Below are positions 51,882 through 60,482 of a DNA stretch of 64,000 nt, one piece after another. How positions within the stretch are numbered: position 1 is the first letter of the stretch; each line of letters begins with the position of its first letter. Position numbers and translations under genes: made by a program. Origin of the DNA: Rhodospirillaceae bacterium (GTDB taxonomy: Bacteria; Pseudomonadota; Alphaproteobacteria; UBA6615); the NCBI GenBank assembly GCA_018667335.1, contig JABIVD010000028.1:25354-89353 (forward strand), read 5' to 3'. A model generated the notes under the pieces. The model was not told where the DNA came from. It searched no databases and saw only the letters and a list, made by a program, of their open reading frames with translations.

Positions 51882-54800
51882 ATGAATTTGATCTCGGCGT
51901 CCATTCATCGGCCGATCGCGGTCATCGCAGTCGTCATCATGATCATCATGTTCGGCTGGGTGGCGCTGCAGCGCATTCCGATTCAGCTGGCACCCGACGT
52001 GCGCCAGCCCGTGATCATCGTCGACACCTCCTGGCCCGGCGCGTCACCGCTGGAAGTCGAGCGCGAAGTCGTCAACCGCCAGGAAGATGTCCTCAAGGGG
52101 ATCGAGGGCGTGCGCAAGATCGAGAGTCGTGCCCGCACCGGGCGCGCGGATATCACGCTCGAATTCGCGCCGAGCCAGAACATGGATCGCGCATTGTTGC
52201 TGGTGGCCAACCGGTTGGACCGGGTCAGCGGATATCCCGAGGAAACCGACGAGCCGACCCTGCGCACATCGGGCACCGACGACAATGCGATCGCCTGGTT
52301 CGTCCTGCGCCGGAAGGCGGACAACGACCGGGACCTGCTGACCTACGGGGATTTCCTCGAGGACGTGGTCCAGGAGCGGATCGAGCGCATCCCCGGGATC
52401 TCGGGGGTCAACATCTTCGGCGAAACCGAGCGCGAGATGCGGATCATCATGGATCCGGAGCAACTCGCGCAGTTCCGCCTGACCATCAGCGACGTTGTCG
52501 ACCGATTGCGCGCCGAAAACGCCTCGATCTCCGGCGGCGACGTCGAGGAAGGCAAACGCGCCTATGTGGTGCGCACCGAAGGCGATTTTACCACCACCGA
52601 ACAAGTCCTCGACGTGGTGCTGCGCTCGGACGCAGAGCTTGAGGACGGCCGGATCGGCCGAATCACAGTCCGGGATATCGCCCACGTCGAGCTTGGCTAC
52701 AAGGAAGCGCGGGCCCTGCCCCATCGGTTCGACGAGCGCGCCATGGCGTTCAACATGACCCGCGAACAGGGCGCCAACGTGCTCACGGTGATGGACGAGG
52801 TTCGTCGCGTCGTCGCCGACCTCGCGGAAGGCCCTCTCGACCGGGTGGGCCTGATCGTCGAAAATGTGTTCGATGAAACGCTGTATGTGAATTCGGCCAT
52901 CTCCCTGGTGCAACAGAACATCATTGTCGGCGGCATCCTCGCTGCCCTGGTCCTGATGCTGTTCTTGCGTTCCTGGCGCCCGACCCTGGTCGTGAGCCTT
53001 GCCATTCCGGTCTCGGTGATCGGTTCTTTCGTCGCCATGGCCGCATTGGGTCGCTCGCTCAACGTCATCAGCCTGGCAGGCATCGCCTTCGCGGTCGGCA
53101 TGGTCGTCGATGCGGCCATCGTCGTGCTCGAGAACATCTTCCGGCTCCGGCAGGAGGGCTATTCCCGCGCCGAAGCCGCCCAAATGGGCGCATCACAGGT
53201 GTGGCCCGCCGTCCTCGTCTCCTCCCTGACCACTGTCATGGTGTTTATCCCGATCTTGGTCATGGAACTCGAGGCCGGGCAGCTGTTCCGCGATATCGCG
53301 GTCGCGATCTCCGTCTCGGTGTTGCTGTCGCTGCTTGTCTCGGTGACCGTGATTCCCGCACTCGCCAACCGCTTGCTGGTGTCCAGCGCGGCCGAGGGCG
53401 GGAAGATGATGCGCATTCCTCTGCTCGATGACTTCGCGCACGGGTTCGTCACCTTCTGGCAGGATTTCACGCGCATGGTGGTCCGCTCGAAGCTACGGGC
53501 CCTCGTCGTGGTCGGCGCCATCATCCTCGCATCGGGTGCCTTCACCTGGGCGTTCGCGCCAAAGCTCGACTATCTGCCGACCGGCAACCGCAACTTTGTA
53601 TTCGGCTTCGTCAACGTGCCGCCGGGATACAATCTCAGCACCGTCACGGAGATCACCGAGCGGATCGCAAACCGGACCCGCAACCTGTGGGCATCGGAGA
53701 CCGGACCCGAATCCGAGCCCGGTGAGCCGCCCAAGTTCCAACGCTTCATTCGTGTGCCCTTCGCCGGTCGCGCCTTCATCGGCGGCACATCGGTCGACCC
53801 GGCGCGCGCCGCGGAGCTGATCCCGGTCCTGCAGAATGCGGGTCGGCAAGACCCCGGCGTTCTGACGTTCCCCAGCCAGCCGTCTTTGTTCGGACGCTCG
53901 TTAGGTAGCGGGCGAACGATCGATGTCGATATCCGCGGATCTGACCTCGAGCAGATTTACCAGGTTGCGTTCGATGTCTTTATCCGCCTGGCGCCCCGCT
54001 TCCCCTTCAGTGAAGGCAACCAGGTTCGGCCCATCCCCAGCCTGACATTGTCTGCGCCCGAGGTCAGGGTCGAGCCCAACCGCCTGAAACTCGCCGACAA
54101 CGGCCTGTCGGCACGCGCTCTTGGCCAGGCGATCGATGCCTTCAACGACGGCCTGCGGGTCGCCGAGATCACGGTCGACGGCAAACGCATCGATCTGACC
54201 CTGACAGGCACGCCCAATATCATTGACCAGACCCAGGGTATCGGCTCCCTGCCGGTCGTGACCCGTGACGGGCGCATCGTGCCGGTCGAAGGGCTCGCCG
54301 ATGTGAGAATCACGTCGGGCCCAACCGAGGTGCGGCGCGCCGATCGGGCCCGCACGGTCCGACTGCAGGTCCGGCCGAATGCCGATACGCCGCTGCAAGG
54401 CGCGTTCGAGCTGATCCGGGAAGAGATCGTGGAACCGATGCAGGAGGCCGGCCTGCCCGAGGGTGTGAGCATTCGCCTGACCGGGACGGCCGACAAGCTG
54501 TTGGAAACATGGAACGAGCTCGTTATCGATCTGCTGCTGGCAATCGTGATCGTCTATCTGGTGATGGCCGTACTGTTCGAGAGCTTTGTCTATCCGCTGA
54601 TCATTATGCTCACGGTACCCGTCGCGGCCGCCGGTGGCATCGCGGGGCTCGCGGTCCTGAACATCTGGGTTCTGCAGCCGCTGGATATGCTGACCATGCT
54701 GGGGTTCGTGATTCTGACCGGTATCGTCGTGAACAACGCGATCCTGCTGGTCCACCAGACCCTCTATCACATCCGCGAAGACGGCATGAATGCCGACGAT

Positions 54801-55064
54801 GCGATCATGCTGGCGACCCAGAACAGGGTTCGGCCGATCTTCATGTCGACGCTGACTTCGGTGTTTGGCATGTTGCCCTTGGTGGTGTCCCCCGGGGCCG
54901 GATCGGAGCTGTATCGCGGTCTGGGCTCGGTCGTGCTTGGCGGGCTGTCGTTATCGGCCGTGCTCACGTTGGCGATTGTGCCGCCAATGATGTCGATCAC
55001 GGTCGGCTGGCGCGAGCGCAAACGGGACAAGCAGCCCGACCCCAGCCCGACCCCGGCGCAATAG
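51882..55064 (+). CDS. AcrB/AcrD/AcrF family RND transporter permease
   Basis: 1060 aa; SWPGASPLEVE, AVGMVVDAAIVVLENI, GIVVNNAILLV, RVRPIFMSTLT. Confidence 0.95.
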   Translation: MNLISASIHRPIAVIAVVIMIIMFGWVALQRIPIQLAPDVRQPVIIVDTSWPGASPLEVEREVVNRQEDVLKGIEGVRKIESRARTGRADITLEFAPSQNMDRALLLVANRLDRVSGYPEETDEPTLRTSGTDDNAIAWFVLRRKADNDRDLLTYGDFLEDVVQERIERIPGISGVNIFGETEREMRIIMDPEQLAQFRLTISDVVDRLRAENASISGGDVEEGKRAYVVRTEGDFTTTEQVLDVVLRSDAELEDGRIGRITVRDIAHVELGYKEARALPHRFDERAMAFNMTREQGANVLTVMDEVRRVVADLAEGPLDRVGLIVENVFDETLYVNSAISLVQQNIIVGGILAALVLMLFLRSWRPTLVVSLAIPVSVIGSFVAMAALGRSLNVISLAGIAFAVGMVVDAAIVVLENIFRLRQEGYSRAEAAQMGASQVWPAVLVSSLTTVMVFIPILVMELEAGQLFRDIAVAISVSVLLSLLVSVTVIPALANRLLVSSAAEGGKMMRIPLLDDFAHGFVTFWQDFTRMVVRSKLRALVVVGAIILASGAFTWAFAPKLDYLPTGNRNFVFGFVNVPPGYNLSTVTEITERIANRTRNLWASETGPESEPGEPPKFQRFIRVPFAGRAFIGGTSVDPARAAELIPVLQNAGRQDPGVLTFPSQPSLFGRSLGSGRTIDVDIRGSDLEQIYQVAFDVFIRLAPRFPFSEGNQVRPIPSLTLSAPEVRVEPNRLKLADNGLSARALGQAIDAFNDGLRVAEITVDGKRIDLTLTGTPNIIDQTQGIGSLPVVTRDGRIVPVEGLADVRITSGPTEVRRADRARTVRLQVRPNADTPLQGAFELIREEIVEPMQEAGLPEGVSIRLTGTADKLLETWNELVIDLLLAIVIVYLVMAVLFESFVYPLIIMLTVPVAAAGGIAGLAVLNIWVLQPLDMLTMLGFVILTGIVVNNAILLVHQTLYHIREDGMNADDAIMLATQNRVRPIFMSTLTSVFGMLPLVVSPGAGSELYRGLGSVVLGGLSLSAVLTLAIVPPMMSITVGWRERKRDKQPDPSPTPAQ

Positions 55065-55122
55065 CCCACGACGACAGCGGTGTCTCGCCTTTGGTCCCCG
55101 TCGGGCGTACGATGGCACCGTC

Positions 55123-55821
55123 ATGACCGGACCCGGAAACACCCTCGCCGACATCCCGTTTCTCACACCGCTGGATGAGTCTGCCCGCTCTGCGCTCGAG
55201 CAGCGCGCGCGCTGGGTGCGTTACACAGCCAACGACACAATCATCGACCGCGAGACCGAATCCCGCGACGTTTACTTCGTCGTCGAAGGCCGGGTGCGGG
55301 TGGTGAACTTCTCGATTTCCGGTCGTGAGATCACCTTCGACGAGATGACGCCCGGCGGCGTCTTCGGCGAGCTTGCAGCGCTGGACGGGATGCCCCGGTC
55401 AGCCGCCGTGGTGGCCCTGAACGACACTCTCGTCGCATCCATCTCGCCCGACACGTTCGTGAACCTCTTGCGTGACCATCCCGACCTCGCCATCGGCGTA
55501 ATGCAGGAGCTCACCAAGATCGTGCGCACCGCGACCGAGCGGATCATGGACCTAAGCACGCTGGGCGCGCACAACCGGGTGCATTCCGAAATCCTGCGCG
55601 AGGCCCGCGCGCATGCGGATGGCGACGCCAACTCCGCCCGAATCTCACCAATTCCTGTCCATGCCGATATTGCCGCCCGGGTCAGCACCACGCGCGAAAC
55701 GGTTGCCCGCGTTCTGAGCGATTTGACGAAGCAGGAACTCGTCAAACGCGAGAAGGACGCTCTGGTGATTCTCGACCTGGAGCGGCTAGAGGACCTTGTC
55801 GAGGAAGTTCGCGACTTCTAA
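55123..55821 (+). CDS. Crp/Fnr family regulator of the cAMP-binding CRP type
   Basis: FGELAALDGMPRSA nucleotide pocket; recognition helix TTRETVARVL keeps the R-E-x-x-x-R residues of E. coli CRP. Confidence 0.92.
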   Translation: MTGPGNTLADIPFLTPLDESARSALEQRARWVRYTANDTIIDRETESRDVYFVVEGRVRVVNFSISGREITFDEMTPGGVFGELAALDGMPRSAAVVALNDTLVASISPDTFVNLLRDHPDLAIGVMQELTKIVRTATERIMDLSTLGAHNRVHSEILREARAHADGDANSARISPIPVHADIAARVSTTRETVARVLSDLTKQELVKREKDALVILDLERLEDLVEEVRDF

Positions 55822-55862
55822 GTCGCTGTTATTTCAACAATTCTGAATCTTTTTGAACGACC

Positions 55863-55905
55863 TGTGATGCCTGTCACTGGGGTCTGGATGGTTGCGCACT
55901 ACATT
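55863..55905 (+). promoter_or_regulatory. Crp box plus -10 hexamer (class II promoter geometry)
   Basis: TGTGA-tgcctg-TCACT (55863-55878, centre 55870.5); TACATT starts at 55900, 29.5 bp from the centre. Confidence 0.78.
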
Positions 55906-55957
55906 TGGATCAACGGCGACGGATCTTCGCCGCACACCAATGAGAACGGAGCTGAAT

Positions 55958-56047
55958 ATGTCCCGACAAACCCGCATCAACGTCGCCGCTCTCCTCCTGG
56001 CCGCACCGATGGTGCTTGTCGGATTGTCGATGACCTCTGGGTTCTAA
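55958..56047 (+). CDS. Unannotated 29-aa hydrophobic small protein MSRQTRINVAALLLAAPMVLVGLSMTSGF
   Basis: GGAG Shine-Dalgarno 7 nt upstream, basic N-terminus and one TM-length helix; below the ORF-track length cut-off. Confidence 0.55.
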   Translation: MSRQTRINVAALLLAAPMVLVGLSMTSGF

Positions 56048-56097
56048 TTTCGCTGGTGTGATCTTTTCGCACTGATCCAACCTCCTCCTCTGGACTT

Positions 56098-56133
56098 GCG
56101 GCCGGCTCTCACGAGACCGGCCGCCTTTCTTTT
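56098..56133 (+). terminator. Intrinsic terminator closing the short Crp-box transcript
   Basis: gcggccgg-ctctc-ac-gaga-ccggccgc stem followed by ctttctttt. Confidence 0.75.
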
Positions 56134-56153
56134 CAGCCCACCGTTTCGGGCAG

Positions 56154-57620
56154 TCAGAAGGTCCAGCGTCGATTGAGTCCGATCGAAAGTCGGTAATTGT
56201 TGTAGGTGTAGTTGGTGAGCGAGGAGACCTGCCGATAGGCCTCGCCACCGACCGTAAACGTGAACGGTTTCCAGAACTCGCCCACATTGGTGAAAATGCC
56301 TGACCAGGGAATGCCGTAAGTCATCCGGGCCCGCCCGCCCCAGTCATGCCGGGTTTGGGCACTGATGGAAGGATCACGGTCATCATAGAGATCATGGTTG
56401 ACGGTGAATGATGTGAGCAAAAAATCACCGCCACCAAACAACATGGTGTGGGTCATTCCGACCTCTTGCCCCTCATAGGAATTGTAGCTGCGGGCCGCGA
56501 TATTGCGGGTCAGGGTATACGTGAAGCGCAGCCGCTGATGGGGCGTCAGTATCTGCGAGGTTCCGATCTCGACCTCATAATCACGCCCGCTGCGCTCCGT
56601 GGCCGTCAAACTGCTCGTGATGTTGTTGTAGGACTGGTACTTGATGGTCCCGGTGCCAAAGACCGACCAGGTGTTGGAAAGTGCGTAAACCCAGTCGAGC
56701 GTTGCACCCACCGACGTCAGATACTTCTCGCGCGACAGATCAACGCGCTCATACAAGATACGTGGCGTGACCGTCGCCGGTGCGAAATCCAGCTCATATC
56801 CGAAATCAGCAGTGATCGCCCCCAGGTCGAGATCGTCCTGCTGAACCTGCTCACCTTGATAGAAAACCAGCCCGCCAAGCATCTTGTGCTGCTTCTGCAA
56901 GCCAAGGTCATGCTCAAAGGAAAGTTGCGCCAGCGCATTCATCGACACGTCGTCCTGGCGCGCGGAACTGCCCGTCGTTCGGGTCGGCAGATCCGCGGCG
57001 AGGCGAATTTCGGATTTCGGTGACGCGTTCCGGTTCCAGTCATACTGGGTGGCGAAATTCATCGCGAAGGTGAAGATCGTCTTCTTGCGGCGCGATGCGA
57101 TCTGATCGAGATACTGTCCGATCTGGCTCCGCAACGCGGGCTCCAGGTCCAGTTCCTGCAACGCGAGCAACTCGCGCTCCGCTTCATCGAGATTGTCGAG
57201 ACGGAACAGCACGATCGCAAACAGGACGCGGATCACCGCGAGGTCCGGTCGAATGAGCAGAACGCGTTCCAGGGTGGCCCCGGCACCGCGCACATTGCCC
57301 TCGCGAATCTGGGTCAGGGCATAGCGGACATTGAGTTCAATATTATCGGGATCTTCCAGGACCTGCTCGAAGGTTACGGGCGGGCCCTTGCTGAACGCCT
57401 CAAGGTCGAGAGCATCCTGGGCCGTGCGTTCGACGTCACGCTGGGTCTCGATCAATTCGCGGACATCGCTTTCGCGCGATTCAGTATCCGACTGCTGCGC
57501 ATGCACCGTGCTGGCAAACACGGTGGCGCCGACAATCACCATTCCATAGCGAAAACCGCATCGCGCGCACCCAAGGGCACGCACTAGAAAACTCGAGACC
57601 CGCACCAACAAAAGCCCCAA
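56154..57620 (-). CDS. Outer-membrane TPR plus beta-barrel protein (Slam/DUF560, type XI secretion-like)
   Basis: Signal peptide, TPR-like LERVLLIRPDLAVIRVLFAIVLFRLDNLDEAEREL, about 300 aa of amphipathic strands ending RRWTF; start may be 57542. Confidence 0.72.
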   Translation of the reverse strand: MGLLLVRVSSFLVRALGCARCGFRYGMVIVGATVFASTVHAQQSDTESRESDVRELIETQRDVERTAQDALDLEAFSKGPPVTFEQVLEDPDNIELNVRYALTQIREGNVRGAGATLERVLLIRPDLAVIRVLFAIVLFRLDNLDEAERELLALQELDLEPALRSQIGQYLDQIASRRKKTIFTFAMNFATQYDWNRNASPKSEIRLAADLPTRTTGSSARQDDVSMNALAQLSFEHDLGLQKQHKMLGGLVFYQGEQVQQDDLDLGAITADFGYELDFAPATVTPRILYERVDLSREKYLTSVGATLDWVYALSNTWSVFGTGTIKYQSYNNITSSLTATERSGRDYEVEIGTSQILTPHQRLRFTYTLTRNIAARSYNSYEGQEVGMTHTMLFGGGDFLLTSFTVNHDLYDDRDPSISAQTRHDWGGRARMTYGIPWSGIFTNVGEFWKPFTFTVGGEAYRQVSSLTNYTYNNYRLSIGLNRRWTF

Positions 57621-57691
57621 CGTATGGGGGTATTAAGCATGATGCAGCAAACCGGGGCAAGCGCGGGAGGCCGCTGTAACCCTTTGAGATA

Positions 57692-59953
57692 TCATTTCAT
57701 TTCTGCGACGTGAACGCCTTTCCAATCCTCCGGCGGTGGGTCGAAGGAATAGTGGTATATGCGCTCGGCGTAGAGTTCGTATAACGCCTCGAGGGTGCCA
57801 GACATCTCGGCACAGACGTTGAGCGCATCCTGCGCCCCATCCCAATCACGAACACGATATGCATTGAGCATTTTCTCGTGCTCACGCCGCAAGGCCTGAA
57901 ACTCATCGCTGGCCGCTTCATGTGCATCTCCCAGCAGCGCAAAGATACGAACGGCCTCGCGCTTACCCTTCACAGCGATCAGGTCCAGTTCGAGAAAGGC
58001 GAAGTCATCCGCCACTTCGCTCTGCGTCGATTCACCGACAATGATGGGCACCCCGTAGGGACTCGATTGCCCTTCAAGCCGTGAGGCGAGATTGACCGCG
58101 TCGCCCAGCACCGAATAATCGAACCGCTGATCGGAGCCCATGTTTCCGACGACGCACTGACCGGTGTTGAGACCAACACCGACCGCGATGGTGATCGCGT
58201 CCGGATCTTCCGCCCGGCGCTCTTCGTTGACCCGCTCCAACGCGTGCAGCATGGCCAGCGCAGCATCACACGCATGGGCCGCGTGGGCCGGATCATCGAT
58301 CGGCGCATTCCAGAACGCCATGATGCAATCGCCCATATATTTGTCGATGGTGCCGTCGCGCTCGAGAATTTCGGCGGTCAGCGGCGTCAGCAGGCGATTG
58401 ATCAATGTCGTCAGTGCCTGCGGATCATCGCGGTACCCCTCGGAGATGGATGTGAACCCGCGGATATCGCAGAACAGCAAGGTCATCTCGCGCGTTTCGC
58501 CACCCAGCCTGAGCCGCTCGGGTTGATCGGCGAGCTGTTCGACCAGGGCCGGCGACAGATACTGCCCAAAGGCTGTGCGTATCTGGCGGCGCTGAGTCTC
58601 GGACTGCAGGTATGTGATCAGCGAACTCGACAAATACACCACGAGCACCACCAGCGCCGGAAACACCGGATCGATCAGGACGCCCGCCTTCGAGAACGCA
58701 AACCAGCCGGCGGCCACCCCTGCTGTGATTGCAGCCAGGCAAACGACGGCGCTGGCGGCGACACCGAGCTTGGGCAGCAACAACACCAGGAAAACCCCCA
58801 GCAGCGCGAAGGCCGCCAATTCCGCCCCCAGCGTCCAGTCAGGCCGCGTCAGAAAACTACCGTTGAGGATTTGCTCCACAAGTTCCGCATGTACTTCGAC
58901 CCCTGGGATGATCGAATTGAGCGGCGTCGCACGCAAGTCGAACAACCCCGGCGCACTCGTCCCGACCAGTATGATCGCACCCTCGAGACCGTCATCAGCC
59001 TGGAGCGGTTCGGCATCCGACCAAAGCCGCCAGGCGGATAGATATCGCGCCGGCTCATGGCCGGTGTAACGCAGCCACACATGACCATCGCCGCTCGTAG
59101 GCACCCGCAACCGCCCGATCCGAATATCTGCAATGCCGGAGCTCTCGTCGACCCCGCCCTCGCCGCTCGCATCGGACATGCGGATATTATATCCCTGCGC
59201 GCCCTGCGCGACGCGCAACGCCTCGGCGCCCAACGTCGGATAGAGAGGCGGCAGCTTGAAGGGATCGTCATAGGTCGGTGTCGTCCCCGGCGCCACGTAC
59301 TGCGTGAACAACGGCACACGGCGGATCAGCCCATCCGCGTCGGCCTCGAAATTTATGTTGCCGATACCGGCCGCTGCCGCCCCGAGCGCCGGTAGATTGG
59401 AAATCGCAGCACTGTATGCCGGCAGAAACGGATGCGGCGGAGATCCGCCAAGCCCCACGCCGGCCTTTGGCGGGGGCGGCGGTGCATTTTCGCGGGAGCG
59501 CGTAAACGTAAATCCCGCAACCACCCGGCCGCGCGCGAATGCCTCGGCCAGCATCTGGTCATGGTCCGGCAAGGCCGCAATTCTGGCCCGCAGGTTTGCA
59601 TCGTCGGTCCCTTCAGGCCAGTTCGCCGCAACATTGGCCGGAGACGTCCGGTCCGGCTCAGCAAACAACACGTCGAACACAACAACGGCGGCGCCCGCCT
59701 CATGCAGGCGGTCCACAAGGTCTGCGATCCGCGAGCGAGGCCAGGGCCACTGCCCAATCCGCGCCAAACTTTCATCGTCGATGTCCAGAATGCGCACCGG
59801 CAACGCGCTGTCATAAACGCGCGGCTCAATCCGCTGATAGGTGTCGAACGTCCACAACCGGGCCAGTTGCACGGGTTGCGGGTCCTCAACCCGCAGCAAC
59901 AGCGCAACGACGAGGATCAGAAGTGGAACAATGCGAGCTTTCCAAGAGGTCAT
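57692..59953 (-). CDS. CHASE2-domain adenylate cyclase
   Basis: IDDESLARIGQWPWPR and FDVLFAEPDR (CHASE2), three TM, LFCDIRGFT, IDKYMGDCIMAFW, VLGDAVNLASRLE. Confidence 0.93.
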   Translation of the reverse strand: MTSWKARIVPLLILVVALLLRVEDPQPVQLARLWTFDTYQRIEPRVYDSALPVRILDIDDESLARIGQWPWPRSRIADLVDRLHEAGAAVVVFDVLFAEPDRTSPANVAANWPEGTDDANLRARIAALPDHDQMLAEAFARGRVVAGFTFTRSRENAPPPPPKAGVGLGGSPPHPFLPAYSAAISNLPALGAAAAGIGNINFEADADGLIRRVPLFTQYVAPGTTPTYDDPFKLPPLYPTLGAEALRVAQGAQGYNIRMSDASGEGGVDESSGIADIRIGRLRVPTSGDGHVWLRYTGHEPARYLSAWRLWSDAEPLQADDGLEGAIILVGTSAPGLFDLRATPLNSIIPGVEVHAELVEQILNGSFLTRPDWTLGAELAAFALLGVFLVLLLPKLGVAASAVVCLAAITAGVAAGWFAFSKAGVLIDPVFPALVVLVVYLSSSLITYLQSETQRRQIRTAFGQYLSPALVEQLADQPERLRLGGETREMTLLFCDIRGFTSISEGYRDDPQALTTLINRLLTPLTAEILERDGTIDKYMGDCIMAFWNAPIDDPAHAAHACDAALAMLHALERVNEERRAEDPDAITIAVGVGLNTGQCVVGNMGSDQRFDYSVLGDAVNLASRLEGQSSPYGVPIIVGESTQSEVADDFAFLELDLIAVKGKREAVRIFALLGDAHEAASDEFQALRREHEKMLNAYRVRDWDGAQDALNVCAEMSGTLEALYELYAERIYHYSFDPPPEDWKGVHVAEMK

Positions 59954-60005
59954 GCCAGCAATCTAGCCCAGTGCGCGATTCCGGAGAAAGCCGGTGCATG
60001 CCCGG

Positions 60006-60158
60006 CTAGAGCGTAACGGCCGCAACCGAGATCGTTCCCAGGATCAGGAACGAGACGATGACCCACTGGAGATAGAGGCGCAGCACGAACCTGCTGGCGT
60101 GACGGCCTGCAAATCGATGCAGCGTCAAATGATGCGAATGGGCGGGTCGGGGCGTCAT
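60006..60158 (-). CDS. Unannotated 50-aa small membrane protein MTPRPAHSHHLTLHRFAGRHASRFVLRLYLQWVIVSFLILGTISVAAVTL
   Basis: ATG at 60158, His/Arg-rich N-terminus and a C-terminal TM helix; ends 53 nt before the cyclase start. Confidence 0.5.
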   Translation of the reverse strand: MTPRPAHSHHLTLHRFAGRHASRFVLRLYLQWVIVSFLILGTISVAAVTL

Positions 60159-60221
60159 GGTCTCGTCGTCCGGTAGCAGATGATATCTGCCACCAAGGTG
60201 CACCGCCCTGCGCGGCCTGTC

Positions 60222-60252
60222 TGTGACATCCATCACTGTGACCCCCGTCACT
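60222..60252. promoter_or_regulatory. Two abutting Crp boxes in a divergent promoter
   Basis: TGTGA-catcca-TCACT (60222-60237) and TGTGA-cccccg-TCACT (60237-60252); TAGGTT at 60274 is 29.5 bp from the second centre. Confidence 0.8.
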
Positions 60253-60304
60253 TCCAACGACGTCGATCGTCGCTAGGTTCAGGGCACAACAAATGATGGA
60301 GAAC

Positions 60305-60430
60305 ATGATGATCGACACGCAACACAACGCCCGAACGCTAATCAGACACGGCAGCCTGATCATAACAGGCTTGGTCACAGGTGGACTGGGTGCGGCGCTC
60401 CTGGTCCTGCTGGCTGCAGCCACAGGCTGA
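60305..60430 (+). CDS. Unannotated 41-aa small membrane protein MMIDTQHNARTLIRHGSLIITGLVTGGLGAALLVLLAAATG
   Basis: GGAG Shine-Dalgarno immediately upstream (second ATG optimally spaced); one Gly-rich TM helix. Confidence 0.55.
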   Translation: MMIDTQHNARTLIRHGSLIITGLVTGGLGAALLVLLAAATG

Positions 60431-60482
60431 CCGACAACGGAACGTCTTTTCCTCGCGAACTGAACAACTTAGGATGCCCGCC

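Noticed and set aside
56057-56072. Possible fourth Crp box (TGTGA-tcttt-TCGCA)
   Set aside because: Spacer is 5 bp, not 6, and it lies inside the predicted transcript.
60364-60379. TCACA half-site inside the 41-aa ORF
   Set aside because: The partner half-site does not match at 6-bp spacing.
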